From Thermoplasmata archaeon (lineage in GTDB: Archaea; Thermoplasmatota; Thermoplasmata; Thermoplasmatales; Thermoplasmataceae), in assembly GCA_021817255.1 (NCBI GenBank), contig JAKAVO010000001.1, positions 42,536-106,535 on the forward strand: a stretch of 64,000 nt of DNA. Direction: 5' to 3'. Every line of letters starts with the position of its first letter. The first letter of the stretch is position 1. The translations under genes and the position numbers were made by a program. Shown one piece after another: positions 21,303 through 31,946 of the stretch. The notes under the pieces were generated by a model. That model was not told the DNA's origin, did no database searches, and was given only the letters and a program-made list of their open reading frames with translations.

Positions 21303-23667
21303 TCTTTTTTCTTGATCCTGTAGGCTTTTTAGCTGGTTTCTTTGGGGGTGCTTTCTTTCTGGCAGCTTTTACATTCACTTTTTCCTGATCTGATTTTGGC
21401 TTTTTATTACTTTCGCAAGACAGATTGGGGCACATCTCTCTCGATCCAGTTCCGAAAGATAATGATATTAATGGGGCGTGGCAGAATTCACATGTCTTTC
21501 CGGTCATTTTAATATCCCCCTTTTGGGGAAGCGCATATGTCTGCCTGCACTTTGGGAAGTTTGAACATCCTAGGAACCTCTTGCCGTATTTTGATTGCCT
21601 GATTATCATATGCCCTTGATCCAGTGGGCATAAACCAACATCCCTTCTCTCAGTGTTAAACTTGCACATTGGATCCAGGCACAGCTTTTCCGGAGATTGC
21701 CCTCTTCTTATTATTATCACTATGGGCTTTCCGCATATTTTGCAGTTTTCCTCTGATGGCTTGATCAGCCCCTTAATCTTGTGGTAAAAGTCTATACAAT
21801 TTTCCCTTTCACATTTAAACCGTATGGAATCCCTGATTTTAATAGCCTGAATACTGGTTCCGTCAACATTGCATGTTCCGACTGCAGTTCCAGTTTCAAG
21901 GGCACTCCTAATTATTTTGGCAATGGATTCCTCGTTATTTTCAAGTTCTTTCAGAACCGCCGAAAGCATGTTTCTTGAAGTTGATACAACTGATTCCTTT
22001 GTGCTTTTGCCAGCAGCTATGTTGTTCATATATGATTCGAGTTCTGCGGTCATACCAGGTTCGGCTATCTTTGAATCCACTGTGGTTACTCCTTCAATCA
22101 GGGAAGATCCAAGAGCTGTTGGCCTCACGGGATTTCCCTCGATGAACCCCCTGCTCTGAAGCTTATCAATTATATCGTGCCTTGTGCTTTTTGTGCCCAG
22201 GTTAAGATTTTCCATTTCCTTTATGAGTGAAGCCATATCATATCTGGATGGTGGTTTTGTCTCCCCCTCTTCCATTCTCCAGTTTTCCGCCTTTACTTTT
22301 TCACCCTTCTCAAGATCCGGATGAAAAATGTCCTTGAATTTTCTGTATGTGTATATAGATAGCCATCCGGGATCAACAACCCTTGTGCCTGATGTCTTAA
22401 AATCAAAATCGCCTATGGATATACGGGCTGATTTTACCTCTCTTGTGCCTTCCTTGTATAGAGTGGCAAGAAATCTCCTTGCAATAAGCTCGTATACCTT
22501 TGCCTCATCCGCCCTGAGGCTGTCTTTCTTGGGCACCTCAGTTGGATATATTGGCGGATGGTCTGTGGCTTCCATTCTTCCCCTGGAAGGATGTATCTTT
22601 TCCTGGGAAAGGACCATCTCGGCTTCGGCCTTCAGATGGCTGTTTTTCAGTTTCTCCACTACTGCCTTCAGATTTATGCTTCTCTGGTAAACTGTGTTGT
22701 CTGTCCTGGGATAACTTATGTAACCCTTGACATAAAGGGATTCTGCAATCTTCATCGCCCTTGATGGCATCACACCTATCCTGGAGGCTTCCCGCATAAA
22801 TTCTGTTGTGTTGAAGGGGGCAGGCTTATATATTCTTTCAAGCCCCTTTTCAAACTCCTTGACCAAACCATCTTTTCCAATTATTTTTTCAAGGATCTCC
22901 CTTGCCTTCTTTTCGTCCTTAATTCTTCCCTCTTCGTATACGCCTGTGAAGACATCTTCCTTGAGAAAATCTACCTTAATCTCCCAGAACTTTTCTGGAA
23001 TAAACCTTTCTATTTCCCTCTCCCTGTTTACAATGAGGCCAAGTGTTGGTGTCTGCACCCTTCCAATGGATAGAAAGTTTTTGCCAAGCCTGTTTGTTAT
23101 GAGCGAGAAAAACCTTGTTAAGGCTGCTCCCCAATAGAGATCTATTTCCTCTCTTGTAGCTGCTGAGTCCGATAGGTTGTAATCAACATATATGAGGTTT
23201 GAAAATGCATCTTTAATCTCCTTTCCTGTTAAGGCACTGAATTTTGCCCTTTTTATTTCTGCGCTGAAGGTTTTTTCCTTTTTTATTATATCCAGCGCTT
23301 CTGTCCCGATTAGCTCCCCTTCCCTGTCATAGTCAGTTGCAATAATGACTCTTTTTATACCTGAGGAGAGGGCTTTAAGGCTTTCGTAAGCTGTTTTGTT
23401 TTTCACATTGTGGATTACACTGGAAGAAATCAGATCGTTTAAATTGTCCAGCCTCCAGTCTTTAAGCGTTTTTGGAAAATCAATCCCAACAATGTGCCCG
23501 CTCAGAGGCACAAGATAAAAACCTCCAACTTCATTTTCATATTCAATGTAACTGAGGCCCTTGGATCTTTTCTGTTTTGACTTGCCATCTGATAGAAAAT
23601 AGGCAATTCGTCTTCCTGCATCCGCTTTCTCTGAAATTATCAATGTGTCTGGCAATAGGTAACCCAA
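21286..23667 (-). CDS. topA: DNA topoisomerase type IA with C-terminal Zn ribbons
   Basis: ISEK, ATDYDREGE, SIGRVQTP, ISYPRTD (catalytic Tyr) and GTKSTR motifs; C4 ribbons; basic tail. Confidence 0.95.
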   Translation of the reverse strand: MGYLLPDTLIISEKADAGRRIAYFLSDGKSKQKRSKGLSYIEYENEVGGFYLVPLSGHIVGIDFPKTLKDWRLDNLNDLISSSVIHNVKNKTAYESLKALSSGIKRVIIATDYDREGELIGTEALDIIKKEKTFSAEIKRAKFSALTGKEIKDAFSNLIYVDYNLSDSAATREEIDLYWGAALTRFFSLITNRLGKNFLSIGRVQTPTLGLIVNREREIERFIPEKFWEIKVDFLKEDVFTGVYEEGRIKDEKKAREILEKIIGKDGLVKEFEKGLERIYKPAPFNTTEFMREASRIGVMPSRAMKIAESLYVKGYISYPRTDNTVYQRSINLKAVVEKLKNSHLKAEAEMVLSQEKIHPSRGRMEATDHPPIYPTEVPKKDSLRADEAKVYELIARRFLATLYKEGTREVKSARISIGDFDFKTSGTRVVDPGWLSIYTYRKFKDIFHPDLEKGEKVKAENWRMEEGETKPPSRYDMASLIKEMENLNLGTKSTRHDIIDKLQSRGFIEGNPVRPTALGSSLIEGVTTVDSKIAEPGMTAELESYMNNIAAGKSTKESVVSTSRNMLSAVLKELENNEESIAKIIRSALETGTAVGTCNVDGTSIQAIKIRDSIRFKCERENCIDFYHKIKGLIKPSEENCKICGKPIVIIIRRGQSPEKLCLDPMCKFNTERRDVGLCPLDQGHMIIRQSKYGKRFLGCSNFPKCRQTYALPQKGDIKMTGKTCEFCHAPLISLSFGTGSREMCPNLSCESNKKPKSDQEKVNVKAARKKAPPKKPAKKPTGSRKKSVKNA

Positions 23668-23750
23668 TGTGTATTTGCAATATATATTATTTTTTATTCG
23701 AAATCCTTATTTAAGCAAAGGTTTAAAAATAGATTGAAATATGATATTTC

Positions 23751-24959
23751 ATGGCTGAGAAGATAAAGGAAATAGAAATATACAACGTTAGTGAGAGAAG
23801 TTCTGAAAAATCATCACCATGGAGTTCAACAATGATTATTGTTAAAGTTACAACAAGTGGTGGAATCGTTGGATATGGCGAGTCCCCAACCACTTTTATG
23901 ACACTTCCCGTAAAGGAAAGTGTTGAAGAGGTCAAGAGGGTGTTTCTCAATAAGGATGTGAATGAAGTTAACAAAAACGTCACGGAATTTTACAAGCATT
24001 CATTCTATCTGTCAAGGTCTATGGAAGCCACATCTGCGCTAAGCGCAGTTGAAATGGCATGCTGGGATATAATAGGAAAGAGCTGCAAAGAGCCTGTTTA
24101 CAATCTTCTAGGCGGAAAGGTAAGGGACAGCATAAGGGCATACAGCAATGGATGGTATTCTGATTGCGTAACGGCTGATGATTTTGTTGATAAAGCAAAG
24201 GAAATAAAGAATAAGGGTTTTGATGCAGTAAAGTTTGATCCGTGCGGAAACAATTACGATACAATCAACAAAAATGGACTGGAAAACGTTGAAGACATAG
24301 TATCCAGCCTCAGGAATTCCTTTGGCGATTCTCTTGACCTTTTAATTGAGTTTCATGGAAGGTTTTCCATGGATGCGGCGAGAAAAGTCACCCAAATCCT
24401 TGAACCATATGACTGTTTCTTTTATGAAGAACCGCTGCATCCTGAGCTGGAAATGAGGCTGCCCGAACTGAGAAGCACGATTAATACGCCCGTTGCACTT
24501 GGAGAAAGAGTTCTTAACGCAAGGGATTTCATGAGAAATATTGTGGAAGGAAAGGTTGACATAATCCAGCCGGATGTTACGAACTCAAGGGGCATACTGG
24601 AATCATTCAGGATTGCAACTGTTGCGGATGCGTGGGGTGTGCCTGTCGCCTTCCATAATGCATTTGGCCCCGTACAGACTGCTGCAACGCTGAACCTTGA
24701 CACAACAATTAATAATTTTATTATCCAGGAAAGTTTCGAGGAATCATGGCCGGACTGGAAAAAGAAATTGCTGAAGAGTGGATATAAACTGGAAAATGGG
24801 CATTTCAAACTCTCGGGCAAACCAGGGCTTGGAATTGAAATGGATGAAAAGTCTTTAAAGGATCATCTTGTTAGTGGAATGGAGCCTTATGACCCGGATA
24901 CACCCTCATGGGTAGTGTCTGGCACCTATGTAGGGGAGGGGACAGATGGAAAGCAATGA
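23751..24959 (+). CDS. gad: Mandelate racemase/enolase superfamily, gluconate dehydratase-like
   Basis: SPWSST..VKVTT..G.GESPTT, KFDP, EFHGRF, EEP, GER, QPD and HNAFGP motifs. Confidence 0.8.
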   Translation: MAEKIKEIEIYNVSERSSEKSSPWSSTMIIVKVTTSGGIVGYGESPTTFMTLPVKESVEEVKRVFLNKDVNEVNKNVTEFYKHSFYLSRSMEATSALSAVEMACWDIIGKSCKEPVYNLLGGKVRDSIRAYSNGWYSDCVTADDFVDKAKEIKNKGFDAVKFDPCGNNYDTINKNGLENVEDIVSSLRNSFGDSLDLLIEFHGRFSMDAARKVTQILEPYDCFFYEEPLHPELEMRLPELRSTINTPVALGERVLNARDFMRNIVEGKVDIIQPDVTNSRGILESFRIATVADAWGVPVAFHNAFGPVQTAATLNLDTTINNFIIQESFEESWPDWKKKLLKSGYKLENGHFKLSGKPGLGIEMDEKSLKDHLVSGMEPYDPDTPSWVVSGTYVGEGTDGKQ

Positions 24960-25899
24960 AATTGGAACAAAGATTGCAGAGTTGCAACAGATAAAGGAAA
25001 GCCTTGAAAAGACAATAAGGCTGGCTGAAGAAAAGAAGCGGGAGGTGGAAAGTGTGCTGCAGAGCCTTGCGAAGATAGATTCTGCTTCCATGCCACAGGC
25101 CAAGGCTGAAGAGGCGAAAAAGGTGCTAGTAGAGCTGAAAGAACCAACACTTCCAAGGAAAAATCAAAAAATTTCCACAGGCATTTCCAAGATTGATGAA
25201 CTTTTGCTGGGCGGGCTTCCAATGCCCTCTAATGTTGTGCTTTTTGGAGCTCCTTTCACATCGAAAGAAACACTGGCTTATAATTTCATGGCCAATTCTG
25301 TCCGGGAAAATATACCTGTAGTAATTATCACAGCGGACAAGGACCTGAGCCAGATAAAATATGAAATTTCACAGGCACTCAGTGTGGATGAAGAAGTTGT
25401 TGAAGGTTTTGAAGAGGATGGCATGATAAGATTTGTTGATGTTTATTCAAAGTCAATACAGTCGCAGAGTTCGTCCAAGAGGGCAGTGGTGATCGATAAT
25501 ATCTCAAATCTGAGTGTCTTGCTGAAATCTGTTGAGAATATAGAGCAGGAGATATTGAAAACGTACCCATATTACAGGCTGGTTTTTATTTCTCTTACCG
25601 CCTTTATACCTCAGTTTGACGAGAAAGTTTTCATGAAATTTACGCAGCAGTTCACGCAGAAGAGGAAGGCAAACAGGTGTACTGCAATGTATATGCTTGA
25701 AGACGGGCTTTTTGACCAGAAAGTGTTCGAAACTATTAGTTACATAATGGACGGGACCATAGAATTTAAAATTGTGAATACAAAACAGTACGTAAAGGTT
25801 GTTGGATTGTCCAATGCAAGAACAAGGGAATGGGTTGAAGTGTACAACAGGGGCGAAACCTTTGATCTTGGTTCATTCTCACTTGAAAGAGTGAGATAG
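24946..25899 (+). CDS. KaiC/RAD55 (RecA-superfamily) ATPase-like protein with N-terminal coiled coil
   Basis: ISTGISKIDELLLGG; degenerate Walker A GAPFTSKET; FVDVYS; MDGTIEF. Confidence 0.8.
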   Translation: MESNEIGTKIAELQQIKESLEKTIRLAEEKKREVESVLQSLAKIDSASMPQAKAEEAKKVLVELKEPTLPRKNQKISTGISKIDELLLGGLPMPSNVVLFGAPFTSKETLAYNFMANSVRENIPVVIITADKDLSQIKYEISQALSVDEEVVEGFEEDGMIRFVDVYSKSIQSQSSSKRAVVIDNISNLSVLLKSVENIEQEILKTYPYYRLVFISLTAFIPQFDEKVFMKFTQQFTQKRKANRCTAMYMLEDGLFDQKVFETISYIMDGTIEFKIVNTKQYVKVVGLSNARTREWVEVYNRGETFDLGSFSLERVR

Positions 25900-26186
25900 G
25901 TTTCCCTGAAAAATCTTTATTTTTTCCATAGTGTGAACCGCTCAGTCTGCCTGTCATTCATCACAAATCAGTCAAGGCTGAATTCATCACAGCGGCAATG
26001 GGGTATTCTGTAAAGCATTTTATGGTTTTCATGCCTCTGTAAGAAATGAATTTCAACATTCCCGGATTATTATTTGCCAAAATAAGGCAATGATCTTTTT
26101 TAAAGCTGAATGTGCCTTGCTGCAAGGAATTGCTGGAACTCGGCATTCAATCCTCTAAATTATATATTCCAAGAGCATTTACTTTT

Positions 26187-27476
26187 ATGAATAATCACCT
26201 GAAAGATGCAATGGAAATAAGGACTCTTGCAAGAGAACATAACAGGCTGTTCGAGGAAAGCGTTCCATTAATAGCCTCAGAAAATGTAATGAGCCCCCTG
26301 GCAATGGAGATGCTGCTTACAGATTTTGGCCACAGGTATGCAGAGGGCCTGCCGCATGAGAGATATTACCAGGGAAACTTTTTTGTCGATCAGATGGAAG
26401 ACAAGGTGACAGAACTTGGCAAGAAGCTTTTCAATGCGCCCCAGTTTGATCCGAGGCCGGTTTCAGGGACAAATGCAAACATGGCTGTTATTTTTGGACT
26501 CACAAAACCACTGGAAAGAATATGCGCCCCGGATCTTTCGGGCGGTGGCCATATAAGTGCTGCAAAATTCGGTGCACTTGGCTTCAGGGGTTTAGACATT
26601 AACAATTATCCTTATGATGAGGAGACAATGACTATAGACGTGGAAGGTGCCAGAAAGACCATCTTAGAGGCAAAGCCCAACCTATGCCTTTTTGGCCAGT
26701 CTGTTTTCCTGTTCCCTGCTCCAATAAAGGAACTGAGAGACACGTTCCAGGAAGTGGGATGCAAAGTGTGGTACGACGGGGCCCACGTTGCAGGATTGAT
26801 TGCAGGAAAGAAATTCCAGGATCCATTGAGGGAGGGGGCAGATGTGATTACAGGTTCAACTCATAAAACGCTGCCTGGTCCACAACATGGCATGGTTGTT
26901 GGAAATACAGATGAAAAAACGTGGAGAAGAGTACAAAAGGGTGTTTTTCCAGGAGTGCTCAGCAACCACCACCTGAACACAATGGCAGCTCTTGGAGTTA
27001 CGCTTGCTGAGATGCTGGATTTTGGAGAAGCGTATGCGCAGAAAACAATAGAAAATGCAAAAACGCTTGCAGAAGAGCTGTATGCCCTTGGAATGGATGT
27101 TTTAGCGGAAAAGAACGGGTTCACTGAGTCTCATACCCTTGTGGCAGACGTCAGAAAACTTGGAGGGGGAAAGGAAGTTGCTGAGAAGCTGGAAAGATGC
27201 AACATAATACTGAACAAAAACCTCATTCCGGTAGATCATAACAAGAAGTCGCAGGAGCCAAGCGGCATAAGAATTGGGGCCCAGGAAATAACCCGGGTCG
27301 GGTTCGGGAAAAATGATGCCAAAGAGCTTGCGGAAATCATGATGAAAATTCTTAAGAATGATATTAGTGAAGAAAAAGGGAAGGAGAAGGTTAAGAGCCT
27401 GAAGTCAGGATTTAATGAAGTGAAATACTGTTACGGAAAATCCAATCCATATGAATATATAGAAATATTCAAATAA
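26187..27476 (+). CDS. glyA: Serine hydroxymethyltransferase
   Basis: LIASEN, RYAEG, GGHIS, YDGAH, STHKTLPGP and SGIRIG motifs; start set at ATG 26187. Confidence 0.96.
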   Translation: MNNHLKDAMEIRTLAREHNRLFEESVPLIASENVMSPLAMEMLLTDFGHRYAEGLPHERYYQGNFFVDQMEDKVTELGKKLFNAPQFDPRPVSGTNANMAVIFGLTKPLERICAPDLSGGGHISAAKFGALGFRGLDINNYPYDEETMTIDVEGARKTILEAKPNLCLFGQSVFLFPAPIKELRDTFQEVGCKVWYDGAHVAGLIAGKKFQDPLREGADVITGSTHKTLPGPQHGMVVGNTDEKTWRRVQKGVFPGVLSNHHLNTMAALGVTLAEMLDFGEAYAQKTIENAKTLAEELYALGMDVLAEKNGFTESHTLVADVRKLGGGKEVAEKLERCNIILNKNLIPVDHNKKSQEPSGIRIGAQEITRVGFGKNDAKELAEIMMKILKNDISEEKGKEKVKSLKSGFNEVKYCYGKSNPYEYIEIFK

Positions 27477-27551
27477 TTTTTCCCTCTTGTTCATTAAATA
27501 AACTGCCATAGTATTTCATAACCATTTTTAACCTATTCAAAATGCTGTGGT

Positions 27552-28175
27552 GTGAAGATTGGCGTAATTGGTTTCCAGGGTGATGTGGAAGAGCATTTGG
27601 GCATCCTGAAAAGGATAGGTGAAGAAAGTGGAAATGTAGAGCCACTCAGAGTCAAGAACAGGGATCAATTGAAAGATGTGTCTGGAATAATACTTCCTGG
27701 TGGTGAAAGCACTACTATTTTTAAACTCATAAAAGAGTATGGAATATATGAAGATATTATAAGCATGGTCAGGAATGGGACGCCACTTATGGGTACGTGT
27801 GCAGGAATAATCCTGTCAGCTGCCAGAACAAATGATGCAAGGGTAGATGGCATGGGGTTGCTGGATATTGAGATAGAGAGAAATGGTTATGGCAGGCAGG
27901 CTCAATCGTTTATTGATGATGTTGAGATAAAGGGTATAGGAAATTATATGGCTGTGTTCATCAGGGCCCCTATAATAAAATCAGTAAATCATGGAGAAAT
28001 TCTGGCATACCATGACGGAAAGCCCGTAATGGTAAGAGATGGAAATGTGCTTGGGCTCACCTTTCACCCGGAATTAACGGATGATACTAGAATACATGAA
28101 TATTTTATAGGAATGATAGGGGGAGAGGGGGGTGTTTCCACTGGAACAAATGGAGAGGGTGTGATAGTAAAATGA
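27552..28175 (+). CDS. pdxT: Pyridoxal 5'-phosphate synthase glutaminase subunit
   Basis: QGDVEEH, PGGEST, GTCAG, FIRAP and FHPE motifs. Confidence 0.95.
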   Translation: MKIGVIGFQGDVEEHLGILKRIGEESGNVEPLRVKNRDQLKDVSGIILPGGESTTIFKLIKEYGIYEDIISMVRNGTPLMGTCAGIILSAARTNDARVDGMGLLDIEIERNGYGRQAQSFIDDVEIKGIGNYMAVFIRAPIIKSVNHGEILAYHDGKPVMVRDGNVLGLTFHPELTDDTRIHEYFIGMIGGEGGVSTGTNGEGVIVK

Positions 28176-29221
28176 GAACAGCCCTTTACAATGAACATGT
28201 CAAAATGAATGGAAATATGGTTGATTTTCATGGATGGGAGATGCCATTATACTATGAATCAATTATTAAGGAACATATGTACGTGAGGGGGAAGTGTGGT
28301 GTTTTTGATGTTTCCCATATGGGGGATATATTCATAACAGGCAAAGGAGCCGGAAAAACTCTTATGAAACTCTTTCCAACAGACACATCTAATATGAATA
28401 AAGGTGATTGTGTTTATACCGCGTTTTTAGATGATAATGGAAATATGATTGATGATACAATAATTTACAAATTTAATGATGAGAAATTTTTATGTGTTCC
28501 AAACGCGGCTACTACGTTGAATATATTAAACCATATTATAAAAAACAAAGAAAAAAACTGTGATGTTGTAAATTCTTCAAATGAATTTGCATGCATTGCA
28601 ATACAGGGAAAAGAATCTGTAAATATTTTAAAAAATATGAATATTGAATTTCCTGAACCATTCAAATTTTATGAAAAAAATGGAATGATTATTTCCGGGA
28701 CAGGGTACACAGGAGAAGTGGGATGTGAAATAATAATTAAAAATGAAGAAGCAGTAAGCTTGTGGAAAAAAATAATAACAGAGTTAAAAGCTATTGGTTG
28801 TGGGCCATGTGGTTTAGGTTCAAGGGATACTTTACGAATGGAAAAGGGGATGCTTCTTTCAGGCCAGGATTTTAATTCTGACAGGAATCCATTTGAAGCA
28901 TCGGTTTCATTTATTGTAAATAATAATCATGAATATATAGGAAAAGAAAAACTACTAAACAAACAGAAACCTGATAGAATTTTCAGGGGAGTTATAATGG
29001 ATGAAAAAGGATCCTTTCCAAGGCATGGAAATTTGATCTATAATATTGAAGGTGAGGAAATTGGGATAATTACAAGCGGCAGCATTTCACCCATCCTTGG
29101 AAAAGGAATAGCCCTTGGTTATATAAACAGGAACAGTTCTAAAAGCGAAACAGCAGTACTCATAGGAATAAGGGACAAAAAATTAAAAGGGAAAGTTTCA
29201 AGGCCAAGAATAGTTCCTTAA
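28172..29221 (+). CDS. gcvT: Glycine cleavage system aminomethyltransferase T
   Basis: FHGWEMP, FDVSHMG, TGYTGE.G.E and RDTLRMEKG motifs. Confidence 0.95.
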   Translation: MRTALYNEHVKMNGNMVDFHGWEMPLYYESIIKEHMYVRGKCGVFDVSHMGDIFITGKGAGKTLMKLFPTDTSNMNKGDCVYTAFLDDNGNMIDDTIIYKFNDEKFLCVPNAATTLNILNHIIKNKEKNCDVVNSSNEFACIAIQGKESVNILKNMNIEFPEPFKFYEKNGMIISGTGYTGEVGCEIIIKNEEAVSLWKKIITELKAIGCGPCGLGSRDTLRMEKGMLLSGQDFNSDRNPFEASVSFIVNNNHEYIGKEKLLNKQKPDRIFRGVIMDEKGSFPRHGNLIYNIEGEEIGIITSGSISPILGKGIALGYINRNSSKSETAVLIGIRDKKLKGKVSRPRIVP

Positions 29222-29249
29222 GCTCCACTTGAAATGTACCCCTCTCCCC

Positions 29250-29417
29250 CTAATACAGTTGGCTCATAATCTCTTCCTTCTTCTTTTTCCAGAGATCTAT
29301 TTCATAGTTGTAATATCCCTGCTGGTCCCTGTTCTGCCTTATCTGATCAAGTCTCTCATTGATATATGCCAACTCTCCCTGGAGTTTCATTCTCATCTGT
29401 TTATCTACAACAGGCAT
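29250..29417 (-). CDS. Small hypothetical helical protein (55 aa)
   Basis: Manual translation MPVVDKQMRMKLQGELAYINERLDQIRQNRDQQGYYNYEIDLWKKKKEEIMSQLY; fills the gcvT-nrdJ gap. Confidence 0.55.
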   Translation of the reverse strand: MPVVDKQMRMKLQGELAYINERLDQIRQNRDQQGYYNYEIDLWKKKKEEIMSQLY

Positions 29418-29582
29418 AAATGGAAATTACAAATCATCTGAATAAGTTTGCTATATTTTTTATTTTTATCGCAGCTAAAATTAATTGATCTATATTTGGT
29501 TATAAAATAGATCATATTAATAGTATTTAAAGTGGTATTTTATATGATTCAACACTAAGATATGATTATATAGAAACACAAC

Positions 29583-31946
29583 ATGCAACTTGTAATGATA
29601 AAATCGATCAAAAAAAGGGATGGAAAAGTAGAGGATTTTGATCAAACAAAAATCTCAAGGGCAATTTACAAAGCAATGCTTTCTCTGAAGTTTGGGAATA
29701 TGCATGATGCTGAAATTCTAGCTGAAAAAGTTGTTAAAGAATTGGGCTCAAGAAAAGAAATTCCAACAGTTGAAAACATCCAGGACACTGTTGAATCAGT
29801 ATTAATGGAGACGCAGATAGATGGGAAGAAATTTAATGATGTTGCAAAAGCATATATTTTATACAGGGAGAAAAGGAGATTCATAAGGGAAGAAAAGGAA
29901 AGGCTCGGCGTAAAAGACGATCTTAAATTAACGCTGAATGCAGTAAAGGTTCTTGAAGCCAGGTACCTTCTAAAGGATGAAGAAGGAAAAATTATTGAAA
30001 CGCCAGACCAGATGTTCAGAAGAGTGGCAAACCATGTTGGTATCATAGATGCGCTTTATGACTACGCCAATTTTCAGAAGAAGGGCATAACGGCAAAAGA
30101 CGGCAAAAAAATATCAAACCTTTCAAATACCCAGATAGAGGTTCTGGAGAGAGGATTCAACGAACTAGTTAATGAGGGTGTCTTGAAAGGATCATTTGGG
30201 CAGTTCATGGATTTCATTTATACAAAGCCAACATGCGCTGATGACACAATTGAGAAATTCCACAAAATGATGAAAAATCTTGAATACGTCCCAAATTCTC
30301 CAACAATGATGAATGCAGGCGCAAGGCTGGGGCAGCTTTCTGCATGTTTTGTCCTGCCTGTTGGTGACAGCATTGGGGAAATTTTTGAGGCCGTCAAGCA
30401 AACAGCTGAAATTCACAAATCCGGAGGAGGCACTGGTTTTTCATTTTCAAGATTGAGAAGCAAAGATGATATCGTTGGTTCCACAAAAGGAGTTGCGTCT
30501 GGCCCGGTATCATTCATGAAAATTTTTGATACTACAACAGAAGTCATAAAACAGGGTGGAAAGAGAAGAGGGGCAAACATGGGCATCCTGAGATACGATC
30601 ATCCTGATATAATGGAATTTATCACCAGCAAAGATTCAGAAAACACAATACTAAGGAATTTTAACATCTCAGTTGGAATGGAAGATGAGTTCTTTGAGAA
30701 GCTTGACAATGATGGATATGTTGAATTAAAAAATCCAAAATCTGGCAAGGTGGTGTCAAGGATTAAAGCAAGAACCATGTGGGATTCAATTATAACCCAT
30801 GCCTGGAAAACCGCTGATCCCGGCTTAATTTTCCTGGATGAAATAAACAGGCCAAATCCCGTGAAAAACATTGCTGATATAGAGGCAACCAACCCATGTG
30901 GGGAACAGCCGCTCATGCCGTATGAATCCTGCAACCTGGGGTCAATCAACCTGGCCAAATTTGTCAAGGAAGACAACTCAATTGACTGGGAAAGATTGAA
31001 GGAAACAGTGCATCTTTCAACAAGATTCCTTGATAATGTAGTCGATGCAAACAACTTCCCTGTAAAGCAGATAAAGGAGATGACCAGGAAGACAAGAAAG
31101 ATCGGGCTGGGAATAATGGGATTTGCTGATATGCTCATCACTCTTAATGTTCCGTATGACAGTGAAGAAGCGCTGAAGATAGCTGAAAGCGTAATGAGTT
31201 TCCTTGATATGGAATCACACAGAGAATCCCAGAATCTTGCTATCGAAAGGGGAGTGTTCCCTGGATGGTATGGGTCTGAATATGAAAAAGAGGACATCCT
31301 CATGAGAAATTCAACCACGACAACGATTGCACCAACAGGCACCATATCGATTATAGCTGGATGCTCATCATCTATCGAACCATTGTTCGCTATAGCTTTC
31401 ATGAGGCACGTGCTTAATGGCCAGGAGTTGATTGAAGTCAATCAACTCTTTGAGCAGGTAATGAAGAAAAGGAACCTGTATTCAGAGAAGCTGATGCAGG
31501 AGGTTGCAACTACTGGAAACCTTTCAAAAATTAACCTTCCGGAGGATCTTAAGATGCTGTTTAAAACAGCCCACGAAATAGATCCGGAATGGCACGTCCT
31601 CATGCAGGCAACCTTCCAGAAATACTGTGACTCCGGGGTGTCAAAAACAATAAACCTGCCAAACGATGCAACACCTGAAGACATTGGCAAGGCCTACAGG
31701 CTTGCAAAAGACCTCCACTGCAAGGGAATAACTGTATACAGGGACAGAAGCAAGTCAGAACAGGTACTTTACTCAGGAACATCAGCAAAGAAGGAGGAAA
31801 CCTTGAAAGAAGAGAAAAAAGAAAAGATCGCAATGATAGAAAAAATGACATCCGAAAGCAAGGAGAGAAAGAAGCTGGATACAAAATACCTGAGGCTTGA
31901 AGCCACATTTGATCCAGCATGCCCGGATGGGAAGTGCGATAAATAG
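29583..31946 (+). CDS. nrdJ: Adenosylcobalamin-dependent (class II) ribonucleotide reductase with ATP cone
   Basis: KKRDG ATP cone, PNSPTMMNAG, QLSACFV, TNPCGEQ and TIAPTGT motifs; C-terminal CPDGKC; no beta subunit adjacent. Confidence 0.93.
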   Translation: MQLVMIKSIKKRDGKVEDFDQTKISRAIYKAMLSLKFGNMHDAEILAEKVVKELGSRKEIPTVENIQDTVESVLMETQIDGKKFNDVAKAYILYREKRRFIREEKERLGVKDDLKLTLNAVKVLEARYLLKDEEGKIIETPDQMFRRVANHVGIIDALYDYANFQKKGITAKDGKKISNLSNTQIEVLERGFNELVNEGVLKGSFGQFMDFIYTKPTCADDTIEKFHKMMKNLEYVPNSPTMMNAGARLGQLSACFVLPVGDSIGEIFEAVKQTAEIHKSGGGTGFSFSRLRSKDDIVGSTKGVASGPVSFMKIFDTTTEVIKQGGKRRGANMGILRYDHPDIMEFITSKDSENTILRNFNISVGMEDEFFEKLDNDGYVELKNPKSGKVVSRIKARTMWDSIITHAWKTADPGLIFLDEINRPNPVKNIADIEATNPCGEQPLMPYESCNLGSINLAKFVKEDNSIDWERLKETVHLSTRFLDNVVDANNFPVKQIKEMTRKTRKIGLGIMGFADMLITLNVPYDSEEALKIAESVMSFLDMESHRESQNLAIERGVFPGWYGSEYEKEDILMRNSTTTTIAPTGTISIIAGCSSSIEPLFAIAFMRHVLNGQELIEVNQLFEQVMKKRNLYSEKLMQEVATTGNLSKINLPEDLKMLFKTAHEIDPEWHVLMQATFQKYCDSGVSKTINLPNDATPEDIGKAYRLAKDLHCKGITVYRDRSKSEQVLYSGTSAKKEETLKEEKKEKIAMIEKMTSESKERKKLDTKYLRLEATFDPACPDGKCDK

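Noticed and set aside
29550-29582. Possible NrdR box upstream of nrdJ
   Set aside because: Poor match to the palindromic consensus, and NrdR is not expected in this lineage
30599-31441. 280-aa minus-strand ORF, and similar long antisense ORFs in tri, the M1 peptidase gene and dsrB
   Set aside because: Ser/Ile/Phe-rich shadow frames opposite well-supported genes; no motifs
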